Under the pieces are notes generated by a model, which worked only from the letters and a program-made list of their open reading frames with translations, was not told where the DNA came from and ran no database searches. From an uncultured Clostridia bacterium (lineage in GTDB: Bacteria; Bacillota; Clostridia; Saccharofermentanales; Saccharofermentanaceae): 64,000 nucleotides of DNA. The DNA lies in the NCBI GenBank assembly GCA_946187935.1, contig CAMHSJ010000006.1, positions 25,450-89,449 of the forward strand, in the 5' to 3' direction. Each line of letters begins with the position of its first letter. Within the stretch, counting starts at the first letter, position 1. Made by a program: the position numbers and the translations under genes. Below, piece by piece: positions 36,599-45,934 of this stretch.

Positions 36599-39088
36599 AT
36601 GAAATTTGGACATTTCGATGACGCCCGTAAAGAATACGTCATCAATACCCCAAGAACACCTTATCCATGGATCAACTATTTAGGCAATCAGGGCTTCTTC
36701 TCCCTGATCTCCAACACCGCAGGCGGATATAGTTTCTATATGGATGCAAGACTCCGCAGGATCACACGTTACCGCTATAACAATGTCCCTCTCGATATGG
36801 GCGGACGTTATTTCTACATCAACGACAACGGCACAGTCTGGAATCCGGGCTGGTCACCTGTCAAGACAGAGCTTGATGAGTATGAGTGCCGCCACGGTAT
36901 GGGCTACACGATCATCAACGGCAAGAAGAACGGACTTCGCGCTGAAGTTACATTCTTCGTTCCCCAGGATTACGATGGCGAAGTACAGCAGGTAGTCCTC
37001 ACCAACGAAGGCTCTGAAGCCAAGAGCTTCTCCATCTTCTCCATGGCAGAGTGGTGCCTCTGGGACGCTCAGGATGACTGCACGAACTTCCAGCGTAACT
37101 TCTCAACAGGCCGTGTTGAGATCTTGGGTTCCACCATCTATCACGTAACAGAGTACAGAGACAGACGTAACCACTACGCTTTCTATACTGTTAATGACGA
37201 TATCGACGGCTACGATACAGACCGTGATTCATTCTTAGGCGGCATCTACAACGGCTGGGACAACCCTGTTACCGTTTTCGAGGACAAGCCTTCCAACTCA
37301 TTTGCAGACGGCTGGTCTCCTATCGCTTCACACTACAAGAAGGTTACTCTTGCACCCGGTGAGACAAAGACTCTTATCTACATCCTGGGCTATGCTGAGA
37401 ATCCTCAGGACAAGAAGTTCTCTGATACAAAGCCTGAAGGTCTCATGACAAGAGAGGCTTGGGTCTTAAACAGGGAGAAGGCTGATGCCATGATCGAGAA
37501 GTTCAACACACCTGAGAAGGTTGCAGCCGGACTTGACGAGCTCCGTGCTACATGGGACAAGCTCCTCTCGATCTTCAAGGTCGACACGCCTGACGATAAG
37601 GTCAACCGTATGGTCAATATCTGGAACCAGTATCAGTGCATGGTTACATTCAACCTCTCACGTTCTGCTTCCTACTTCGAGTCCGGTATCGGCCGTGGTA
37701 TGGGCTTCAGAGATTCTAATCAGGATATCCTCGGATTCGTACATCAGATCCCTGAGCGTGCAAGAGAGAGAATCATCGACATCGCTTCCACACAGATGCC
37801 TGACGGCGGATGCTATCACCAGTATCAGCCTCTTACCAAGAAGGGTAACTCCGATATCGGCGGTGACTTCTCAGATGACCCGCTCTGGATGATCCTCTCC
37901 GTTGCGGCGTACATCAAGGAGACAGGCGACTGGTCCATCCTTGACGAGAAGGTTCCTTATGACAACGACGATTCGCTCGCTCAGCCGATGCTCGATCACC
38001 TCACGGTATCCTTCTATCACATCGTAAACAACCTCGGACCTCACGGACTGCCTCTTGCAATGAGAGCTGACTGGAACGACTGTATCAACCTCTCATGCTT
38101 CTCAGATACACCCGGTGAATCCTTCCAGACATACACCAACCCGAAGTTCAAGGCAGAGGGCGGCTACTCCAAGGTAGCTGAGTCTGTATTCGTAGCAGCT
38201 CTGTTCACATACACAGGTCCTGCTTATGTAGGCATCTTAGAGCACTTGGGCAAGGCTGACGAAGCTGCCAAGGCTCAGGCTGAGATCGACAAGATGAAGA
38301 AGGTCGTTATGGAATCCGCATTCGACGGCGAGTGGTTCCTCAGAGCTTACGATGCTAACGGCGAGAAGATGGGTTCAGCTGAGTGCGAAGAAGGTAAGAT
38401 CTTCATCGAACCCCAGGGCTTCGCTGTTATGTCTGAGATCGGTAAGGACGTCGGAGCTGACATCAAGACTCTCAACTCCATCGACAAGTACTTAAACTGC
38501 GAGTTTGGTCTCGTTCTCAACAACCCTGCATTCACAAAGTACTATATCCAGTACGGCGAGATCTCCACATATCCGGGCGGATACAAGGAGAACGCAGGTA
38601 TCTTCACACACAACAATGCATGGATCATCTGCGCAGAGGCTTATGCCGGCAGAGGTGAGAAGGCTTTCGAGTACTACTCCAAGATCGCTCCTGCATTTAC
38701 TGAAGAGACATCTGATATCCACAAGACAGAGCCTTACGTTTACGGTCAGATGATCGGCGGTAAGGATGCCAATAACTTCGGTCAGGGCAAGAACTCATGG
38801 CTCACAGGTACGGCTGCTTGGAACATGGTAGCTATCTCACAGTACATCTTAGGCGTTAAGCCTGAGTTCGACGGCCTCAGGGTAGATCCTTCCATCCCTG
38901 CAGCTTGGGACGGCTTCACAGCTACACGTCAGTTCAGAGGCGATACATATGAGATCACCATCAAGAACCCTGATCACGTTAACAAGGGCGTTAAGTCACT
39001 TACTGTTGACGGCGCAGCAGTTGAAGGCTGCATCGTACCTGTAGCAGGCGACGGTAAGACACACAAGGTTGAGGTAGTTCTCGGATAA
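36599..39088 (+). CDS. Cellobiose phosphorylase (GH94)
   Basis: [73 protein letters not shown]. Confidence 0.92.
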   Translation: MKFGHFDDARKEYVINTPRTPYPWINYLGNQGFFSLISNTAGGYSFYMDARLRRITRYRYNNVPLDMGGRYFYINDNGTVWNPGWSPVKTELDEYECRHGMGYTIINGKKNGLRAEVTFFVPQDYDGEVQQVVLTNEGSEAKSFSIFSMAEWCLWDAQDDCTNFQRNFSTGRVEILGSTIYHVTEYRDRRNHYAFYTVNDDIDGYDTDRDSFLGGIYNGWDNPVTVFEDKPSNSFADGWSPIASHYKKVTLAPGETKTLIYILGYAENPQDKKFSDTKPEGLMTREAWVLNREKADAMIEKFNTPEKVAAGLDELRATWDKLLSIFKVDTPDDKVNRMVNIWNQYQCMVTFNLSRSASYFESGIGRGMGFRDSNQDILGFVHQIPERARERIIDIASTQMPDGGCYHQYQPLTKKGNSDIGGDFSDDPLWMILSVAAYIKETGDWSILDEKVPYDNDDSLAQPMLDHLTVSFYHIVNNLGPHGLPLAMRADWNDCINLSCFSDTPGESFQTYTNPKFKAEGGYSKVAESVFVAALFTYTGPAYVGILEHLGKADEAAKAQAEIDKMKKVVMESAFDGEWFLRAYDANGEKMGSAECEEGKIFIEPQGFAVMSEIGKDVGADIKTLNSIDKYLNCEFGLVLNNPAFTKYYIQYGEISTYPGGYKENAGIFTHNNAWIICAEAYAGRGEKAFEYYSKIAPAFTEETSDIHKTEPYVYGQMIGGKDANNFGQGKNSWLTGTAAWNMVAISQYILGVKPEFDGLRVDPSIPAAWDGFTATRQFRGDTYEITIKNPDHVNKGVKSLTVDGAAVEGCIVPVAGDGKTHKVEVVLG

Positions 39089-39138
39089 TCTTAAGGGGAA
39101 TTGTCAGAACTTTGTTTTATTAGTTAAATTCAGGTGAT

Positions 39139-39175
39139 TAACCCCGTTGCTCCTTTTTTGCGGCGGGGTTAATTG
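39139..39175 (+). terminator. Intergenic stem-loop between the two GH94 genes
   Basis: ATTAACCCCGTTGC-N9-GCGGCGGGGTTAAT; extended -10 TGTTATAAT immediately downstream. Confidence 0.55.
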
Positions 39176-39212
39176 TTATAATTTCGGTATAAAGCTTAGG
39201 AGGTACCTAATT

Positions 39213-42200
39213 ATGGGATTTAGAGCAGAAATGGCCAGGCAGGAACTTACTCCTGCAGCGGATCTTTTGACCGCGAAATTCGGCAGCAAGGTAACAGGCG
39301 GCAAGTCCGCACAGTATGTGAGATTCGGCAAGGATCCTGTAGTTATAGGTGTATGCGGCCTCAAGTTCGATTCCATAATAGCGAGCGTCATCTCAGGTTC
39401 TGATGCGGTATATGGCGCGCTCAGATCTATAGTCTCTGACGGCGTCAGTGTCCTTTTCGACGTATCTGGCGCTGATCTTGCAGTTTATAGCGAGAAGGGC
39501 GGCGCTGTCGAAGCAGCTGATATCGCAGCAGATGTTAAGCAGGCTGTCAAAGATCTCATCAATGAGTCTAATGAGTGGGGCGGCGTCCTTAAGGAGAACG
39601 GCGAACTCGAGTTCGACCCTGCATCTCCTGCTCCGGGACCTCACTACTATACCAATATGCTGATAGGCAACAGGATCTCATTTAAGCATCCTCTGCAGTC
39701 TACTCCTAAGAGCACCGTAGGCGCATTGGGCGGCGGTTCTTTCCGTTCGCACGCTGACTGTCAGGTCCTCGCAACAAGATGGGACTACCTGCCTGAAGAA
39801 AACGGCTTCCCCGCTAACCGCCAGTTCTACCTGGTAAAAGATGGCAAGAAGATCTTCTACTCCGGTGCAGCTATTGCTGAAGGCCTCAAGTCAGTAAGGA
39901 CCGTTCATTCACAGAACAGGACGGTAATAAGCTACGAGCTTACATGCGGCCTTAAGGTCACGAGAACGATCTTCATAGTTCCCCAGCACGAGAACATGCC
40001 TCTTGCATCTGAAGCCCAGATGATCGACATCGTTAACAACTCTTCCGAAGACATGGATCTTCGTATCGTTTACACAGGTATGTTCGGTACGAACGAGACA
40101 CACGCTCTTTCTGAGGACGTTATCTTTACGACGGTAGTTGCCCAGTCACAGGTATTCTTTAACGAGGACAACGAGATCAGGGCCGTATCGATCAACCCCA
40201 ACCCCAAGTGGACAAAGGGCAATATCAGATTCTCAGAGATGGTCGTACATACAGACGGCGGTGCCATCTTCCCTGACCAGTACTGCGTAAGGTATGCAGA
40301 CTTCGTCGGAAGCGGAAGCCTCGAGGATCCTGAGTTCATCGCTCCTTTGGCTTCCAGACCTTCCAGAAAGGGTCCGGGATTCTTTGCCATGTCCATTCCT
40401 TTCAGCGTAAAGGCAGGGGCAAGCGTAAGAGCAGACAATCTTACATGCCTCTCATCTGATGCCGTTAACGAGGACTTCATTCCTGACGTTACTCCCGCTG
40501 TCGAAGCTGAGGCTGTTGCTGACTATATCTCCGATCCTGCAAACCTTGCATCTGACCTTAAGTCAGTCATCGATTTTACCAGGAAGTATGCAGGCTACAT
40601 GCAGATCAGCCACGCTGACAAGGACTTCGAGGCCTATGTCAACAACAACCTCCCGTTCCAGGTCTTCTACCAGACATTCGTATCAAGGTCTTTGGACTGG
40701 ACGCAGAAGGGCTACAGAGAGATAGGTTTCCGTGAGATCCAGGATATCTTCGCATCCATGTACTACTTTGCAGGCATGGGCGAGACAGGCTTCGTAAAGA
40801 AGATGCTCGCAGGCTGGATCGAGAACGTTTACGAGGAAGGCTACACGAACCACAACTTCTACTGGATCGGCAAGGAGCCCGGCTGGTGGTCTGATGACGG
40901 ACTCTGGCTCCTGCAGGCTATAGACAGATACTTAGGCCTTACAGGCGATTACGACTTCCTCTCTGAAGAGTTCGTAATGGCAGGCACCAAGGAGAAGAAG
41001 ACTGATCCGGGCGTAAAGCGCAAGCTTTCTGAAACACTCAAGGCTATCCTCACATACAGTGGCAAGATCTCACTCGGCCGTCACGGCATCCCTCTTATCG
41101 ACAGGGCTGACTGGAACGACTGCTTAAGAGTCGATCCCGACTGTATCTCAGGCAAGGATAAGATCGCCGCTTATAAGGAGCAGCTCGCTGCATCCGGCAA
41201 GGCATACGGCGAAGTCCCTTACGATTCCGAGTATTCTGAGTCTGTCATGAACGGATTCCTGCTCAAGGTTGCGATAGACTGCGGCAAGTCCATGTTCGAA
41301 AAGACGGGCGATGCGGCATTTGCAGCTGAGCTTGCCGGGATGTCATCTGCGCTCGCAGCAAGGCTTCAGGAAAACTGCTGGAAGAACGACTTCTTTGCAA
41401 GAGTTCTCTTTAACCGCAGCAATAAGCCCGAGCTTAAGTATCTCGGCGCAGCAGGCGACGGCCTGAGCGTAGAAGAGGGTCACCCCGGTTCTTACTTCCT
41501 CAACGCTTTCTCATGGTCACTTTTGGCAGGCGTTGCAACAGAAGAGCAGATCTCCACGATGCTCGATTCCTTAGACAAGTACTTAAGATCACCTTACGGC
41601 TTCAGGCTCTGCTCTACGGTCGACTATCCGAAGATCGCGCCCAAGATCGACGTTGCCCTGTACTATCCGGGCGATCGTGAGAACGGCGGCGTATTCAAGC
41701 ATGCCAACATGATGGCCTGCTCAGCTATGCTCAAGGCAGCTAACACTGTTGAGGATAAAGCTCTGGCAGAAAGACTCACCGAGACAGCTTACTGGATCAT
41801 CGACAAGATCCTGCCGTTCAAGACCCTTAAGACTCCTTTCAAGAGCTGCGGCAACCCGAGATGGTGCACACAGTACAACAACAGCGAGTCAGGCGAGAAC
41901 ATCGGACCTACGCTTTCAGGTACATCCACATGGCTCCTCCTGTCACTGTTCCAGTGCTTCGGCGTAGAGTTCACATCAGACGGGCTTGTCTGTGAGCCTC
42001 TCCTCAGGAATGAAGAGACTTCACTCGAAGTAAGGGTAGAAGGCGCCAAGGCAGGATATGACATCAGGATCACCAAGCCCGAAGGCTTCAGAAGAAGCAA
42101 GGAAGGCATCAAGCTCGTCGTTGACGGCAGCCCTGCTGAAGGCACGAAGGTACCTGTATTCACTGACGGCAATACGCACAGCGTAGAGATCAGTCTCTGA
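39213..42200 (+). CDS. Cellodextrin phosphorylase (GH94)
   Basis: PAPGPH.Y.N.LIGNR, EENGFPANRQFYL, QKGYREIGFREIQD, DRADWNDCL, GDRENG.VFKHA, ENIGP.LSGT, matching the C. thermocellum CDP pattern as recalled; start ATG 39213 after AGGAGG. Confidence 0.9.
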   Translation: MGFRAEMARQELTPAADLLTAKFGSKVTGGKSAQYVRFGKDPVVIGVCGLKFDSIIASVISGSDAVYGALRSIVSDGVSVLFDVSGADLAVYSEKGGAVEAADIAADVKQAVKDLINESNEWGGVLKENGELEFDPASPAPGPHYYTNMLIGNRISFKHPLQSTPKSTVGALGGGSFRSHADCQVLATRWDYLPEENGFPANRQFYLVKDGKKIFYSGAAIAEGLKSVRTVHSQNRTVISYELTCGLKVTRTIFIVPQHENMPLASEAQMIDIVNNSSEDMDLRIVYTGMFGTNETHALSEDVIFTTVVAQSQVFFNEDNEIRAVSINPNPKWTKGNIRFSEMVVHTDGGAIFPDQYCVRYADFVGSGSLEDPEFIAPLASRPSRKGPGFFAMSIPFSVKAGASVRADNLTCLSSDAVNEDFIPDVTPAVEAEAVADYISDPANLASDLKSVIDFTRKYAGYMQISHADKDFEAYVNNNLPFQVFYQTFVSRSLDWTQKGYREIGFREIQDIFASMYYFAGMGETGFVKKMLAGWIENVYEEGYTNHNFYWIGKEPGWWSDDGLWLLQAIDRYLGLTGDYDFLSEEFVMAGTKEKKTDPGVKRKLSETLKAILTYSGKISLGRHGIPLIDRADWNDCLRVDPDCISGKDKIAAYKEQLAASGKAYGEVPYDSEYSESVMNGFLLKVAIDCGKSMFEKTGDAAFAAELAGMSSALAARLQENCWKNDFFARVLFNRSNKPELKYLGAAGDGLSVEEGHPGSYFLNAFSWSLLAGVATEEQISTMLDSLDKYLRSPYGFRLCSTVDYPKIAPKIDVALYYPGDRENGGVFKHANMMACSAMLKAANTVEDKALAERLTETAYWIIDKILPFKTLKTPFKSCGNPRWCTQYNNSESGENIGPTLSGTSTWLLLSLFQCFGVEFTSDGLVCEPLLRNEETSLEVRVEGAKAGYDIRITKPEGFRRSKEGIKLVVDGSPAEGTKVPVFTDGNTHSVEISL

Positions 42201-42213
42201 TCCGGGGGGATAT

Positions 42214-43143
42214 ATGCCTTTCTCAAGTGTCTTTCTTTCTGAAGTAGTCAAGGCGTTCAACTTAGAGGTCGTATACGATTCAGAGGATATAAACGAGCGA
42301 AGGCTCCTTGTTGCCGACTGTACAAGGCCGGGACTCCAGCTTGCAGGTTACTACGAGCACTTCGGTCCTGACCGTATACAGATCATAGGCAACATGGAGC
42401 ACGCATATCTGGATCACTTAGAGCCTGAGCAGCGTTATGAATCCGTCTCTGCGCTCTTCGCCAAGAAGATCCCCGCGGTGGTCATTACACGTGACCATAA
42501 GGTGCACAAGGAGATCCTTGATGCAGCCAAGGAGTACAAGACTCCGATCCTGCGCACTAACCAGGCAACTTCAGATTTTTCAGCTGAGCTCGTCAAGTAC
42601 CTTAAGATGGAGCTCGCTCCCAGGGTCTCGATGCACGGTGTTCTTGTAGAGGTCTATGGTGAAGGTATCCTCATCCTGGGTGAGTCAGGCGTAGGTAAGT
42701 CTGAGACCGCTCTCGAGATAGTTAAACGCGGCAACCGCCTCATAGCAGACGATCAGATCGAGATCAGAAAGGTTTCAGAGACGACTCTTGTAGGACGTGC
42801 ACCTGAGGTTATCCGCCATCTTATCGAGATAAGAGGCATCGGCATCCTGGACGTAAAAGAGCTCTACGGCGTATCTTCCGTCAAGCAGCAGGAAGCCATC
42901 GACTTCGTAATAAACCTGGAGCTCTGGGACGAGAAGAAGACATACGACAGATTAGGCTTAAGCGATGAGACGACAGAGATACTCGGCATCAAGGTCCCCT
43001 CAGTCACTATCCCTGTAGGACCCGGACGCAACCTCGCGATCATCGTCGAAGCGGCAGCAATTAACTACAGAGTCAAGAAGATGGGCTATAACGCAGCCCA
43101 GAACCTTGTCTCAAGAGTATTCCCGGGGTCACCTCTTGAATAA
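42214..43143 (+). CDS. hprK: HPr(Ser) kinase/phosphorylase
   Basis: RPGLQLAG, HGVLVEVYGEG, GESGVGKSE, LIADD, EIRGIGI, GRNLA. Confidence 0.97.
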   Translation: MPFSSVFLSEVVKAFNLEVVYDSEDINERRLLVADCTRPGLQLAGYYEHFGPDRIQIIGNMEHAYLDHLEPEQRYESVSALFAKKIPAVVITRDHKVHKEILDAAKEYKTPILRTNQATSDFSAELVKYLKMELAPRVSMHGVLVEVYGEGILILGESGVGKSETALEIVKRGNRLIADDQIEIRKVSETTLVGRAPEVIRHLIEIRGIGILDVKELYGVSSVKQQEAIDFVINLELWDEKKTYDRLGLSDETTEILGIKVPSVTIPVGPGRNLAIIVEAAAINYRVKKMGYNAAQNLVSRVFPGSPLE

Positions 43144-44035
43144 GCTTAATATAACTGAACATGTTTCACTGAAGAAATACACGACATTCCGCTGCGGAGG
43201 TGAGGCGAGATTCTTCGCTGAGCCTTCGAGCTTTGTCGAGGTCTCTGACCTTCTGGCATTTGCATCTTCAGAGTCAATGCCTGTTTTTGTAATGGGCATG
43301 GGTTCTAACATCCTGGTTTCCGATTCAGGCTTTGACGGACTGGTCATAAGGCTTGGCAGGAACATGGGCGAGATCTCGCTTATGGATACGGGAGATTCAT
43401 CTTTTGAGATAGACTGCGGAGCGGGAGCCCCTCTGGCGCTTCTGGGAAACCTCGCTGTCAAGGAAGGCCTTGAGGGCTGTGAGTTCTGCTGCGGTATCCC
43501 GGGTTCTGTCGGCGGCGGCGTATTCATGAATGCAGGCGCTTACGGCAGGGAGATCAAGGATATAGCAGTATCTGTTACTTATCTTGAGGCCGGCGAAGTT
43601 AAGACCGTGCCTGCTTCCTCATGTGAGTTTGGCTACAGAAAGAGCATATTTACCAAAGGCGATTCCGTTATCTTAGGTCTTAAGGTAAGGCTTGATAAGG
43701 GAGATGCTTCCGCAATAAGGGCTTATGCTGAAGAGCTCAGGGTCAAGAGAGCTAACAGTCAGCCCATAGATGTCCCTTCTGCAGGTTCCACGTTCAAGAG
43801 ACCTGAGGGTTATTTTGCAGGCAAGCTCATCCAGGACTGCGGCCTCAAGGGCTTTGCATTAGATGATTCCGGCGCGCAGGTCTCACCGAAGCATTCGGGC
43901 TTTATCGTAAATAACGACGGCAGGGCGAGCGCTAAGGACGTATACAGGCTTATAATGTACGTGTCTGATACTGTTTTCGGGAAGACAGGGGTCAGATTAG
44001 AGCCCGAAGTCAGGCTCATAGGCGATTTTTCTTAA
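43106..44035 (+). CDS. murB: UDP-N-acetylenolpyruvoylglucosamine reductase
   Basis: TFRCGG, G.GSNILVSD, GIPGSVGG..MNAGAYG, YRKS, SAGSTFKRP, KHSGFIVN, LEPEV; true start may be TTG 43136. Confidence 0.95.
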   Translation: MSQEYSRGHLLNKLNITEHVSLKKYTTFRCGGEARFFAEPSSFVEVSDLLAFASSESMPVFVMGMGSNILVSDSGFDGLVIRLGRNMGEISLMDTGDSSFEIDCGAGAPLALLGNLAVKEGLEGCEFCCGIPGSVGGGVFMNAGAYGREIKDIAVSVTYLEAGEVKTVPASSCEFGYRKSIFTKGDSVILGLKVRLDKGDASAIRAYAEELRVKRANSQPIDVPSAGSTFKRPEGYFAGKLIQDCGLKGFALDDSGAQVSPKHSGFIVNNDGRASAKDVYRLIMYVSDTVFGKTGVRLEPEVRLIGDFS

Positions 44036-44051
44036 AGATTAGAGGCATTAT

Positions 44052-44942
44052 ATGGAACTTATCTTCCTTACGGGCATGAGCGGTGCCGGCAAGACGCAGG
44101 CAGTCAATTTCCTCGAGGATTCGGGATTCTTTTGTATGGACAACTGTCCTCCTTACATCCTGCCTGACCTTGTAAACGGCTTTATCAAGGGTACGGGCGG
44201 CGAGAATTTCGGTATCAGCAAGCTTGCATTCGTGGTCGACTGCAGGTCCAGGGAATTCCTTGACGGATTCGAAGATGCGATGTCCGAGATCGACAGGATG
44301 GGTCTTGTATACAAGATCGTCTTTTTGGAAGCCTCAGACCCCGTGCTCATCGGAAGATACCAGCAGACAAGAAGAAAGCATCCTCTGGCAGGCAAGATGT
44401 CTCTTACCGACGCGATCCGCGAGGAGAGATCGATGCTCACCAACATCAGGGCGATGGCGGATAACGTAATAGACACAACGCTCCTTAACGATTACATGTT
44501 AAGAGAGCAGTTAAAGCGCCTGATCCTGGAAGACACGAGCTCGGGGCTGTCGGTCTTTATCGAATCCTTCGGCTTTAAGTACGGGCTTCCCGTCGACTGC
44601 GATTATGTGTTCGATGTCAGGTTCCTTCCCAACCCCTACTATGTGCCTGAACTTAAGAACCTTACGGGTGAGGACGAGGCGATCGGCGAATACCTTAAGG
44701 GCTTCCCTGAATCAGATGAGTTTATCTCCAAGACATCTGACATGCTCGAATACACCATCCCTTTCTTCATGCGCGAAGGCAAGGGCAGGGTACATGTCGG
44801 CATAGGCTGTACGGGCGGAAGGCACAGATCCGTCTACTGCGCCATCAACCTGAGCGAAAAGCTCAAGTCCCTGGGCTTTAATGTGGTATTGAACCACAGG
44901 GACATAGGCAAGGAAGAGAAAAGGTATTCCCAGGACACCTAA
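44052..44942 (+). CDS. rapZ: RNase adapter / P-loop protein RapZ (YvcJ)
   Basis: TGMSGAGKT, DNCP, RRKHPL, SFGFKYG.P, FDVRFLPNP, GCTGGRHRSV. Confidence 0.96.
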   Translation: MELIFLTGMSGAGKTQAVNFLEDSGFFCMDNCPPYILPDLVNGFIKGTGGENFGISKLAFVVDCRSREFLDGFEDAMSEIDRMGLVYKIVFLEASDPVLIGRYQQTRRKHPLAGKMSLTDAIREERSMLTNIRAMADNVIDTTLLNDYMLREQLKRLILEDTSSGLSVFIESFGFKYGLPVDCDYVFDVRFLPNPYYVPELKNLTGEDEAIGEYLKGFPESDEFISKTSDMLEYTIPFFMREGKGRVHVGIGCTGGRHRSVYCAINLSEKLKSLGFNVVLNHRDIGKEEKRYSQDT

Positions 44943-44943
44943 C

Positions 44944-45768
44944 ATGAAGGAAACAAGTTTCTCAGTCAGGATCAAGCAGGACATAACAAGGTCTGTGCCG
45001 TCTGATGGAAAGCTCAGGCAGGCCGAGATAACAGGGCTTACAGCAGCTTCGTCTTCTTTCGAGATAAAGTTCATATTAGAGATCAAGGACCATATAGTTG
45101 AGCTTCTTGCCAAAGAAGGGATAGAGTTCAGGGTTTCAGGCAACAAGATAGAGATCGCCCCGGCCGGAAGGAGCCTTCTCAGTCTTAATACCAATATGGA
45201 AGATCCTTCTTATGCCGAATACTTCGTAAGGGGACTGTTCCTGTCTTCAGGGTACTGCTCTGATCCCAATAAGGGCTACCGCATCGAATTCCACATTTCA
45301 AGAGATGAGACGGTCATGCTGCTTACGGGGATATTAGGTCTCTGGGACATTACGCCTGTGATAAAGCAGCGCGAAGGATTTACCGCACTCTATTTTAAGG
45401 CAGGCGACATGGTGTCCGATTTCCTGGGACACATAGGCGCGACGGGAGCGATGCTGGATTTCGAGAACATAAGGGTCTCCAAGGATATCAACAACTCCGT
45501 TGTACGCCGTGTCAACTGTGATGCCGGAAACTTCAAGAGGCAGTCTGATGCAGGCGCTGCTAGAAATGCCCTTATCAAGAAGCTCCTTGATTCAGATCTC
45601 AGGTATAAGCTTACTCCTGACCTTCTGGAGGCTGCCAAAGCGCACATGGATAACCCGGGTGCATCCATTGCGGAATTAGGACAGATGATGGATCCTCCCA
45701 TAGGCAAATCCGGGATGAGCCACAGACTTAAAAAGCTTGTGGAACTCGCTGAGAGCCTTCAGGACTGA
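44944..45768 (+). CDS. whiA: DNA-binding protein WhiA
   Basis: RGLFLSSG..SDP...Y.IEF, LYFK, R.VNCDAGN, HTH SIAELG.MMDPPIGKSG..HRL. Confidence 0.92.
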   Translation: MKETSFSVRIKQDITRSVPSDGKLRQAEITGLTAASSSFEIKFILEIKDHIVELLAKEGIEFRVSGNKIEIAPAGRSLLSLNTNMEDPSYAEYFVRGLFLSSGYCSDPNKGYRIEFHISRDETVMLLTGILGLWDITPVIKQREGFTALYFKAGDMVSDFLGHIGATGAMLDFENIRVSKDINNSVVRRVNCDAGNFKRQSDAGAARNALIKKLLDSDLRYKLTPDLLEAAKAHMDNPGASIAELGQMMDPPIGKSGMSHRLKKLVELAESLQD

Positions 45769-45773
45769 GCTCG

Positions 45774-45863
45774 TTCTTGTTTTGGTGACAGACTGGCAAA
45801 AACGTCACCAAATTGTGTAAAAAGGCTCTAAGATTCACGGATCTGTTCCTGAAATACGGATCT
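45774..45863 (-). repeat. Dispersed ~90-bp intergenic repeat, copy A
   Basis: Reverse complement is colinear with 56011-56101 in three conserved blocks. Confidence 0.65.
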
Positions 45864-45934
45864 TAGCAGCACCTGTATAGCACCGTAAGCCCCCTCTGCA
45901 TTGAGATAATGTGTCAGCCGTGTTACAATAAACT

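Noticed and set aside
39147-39212. Upstream TTG start of the cellodextrin phosphorylase
   Set aside because: Runs through the intergenic hairpin and promoter; AGGAGG supports ATG 39213
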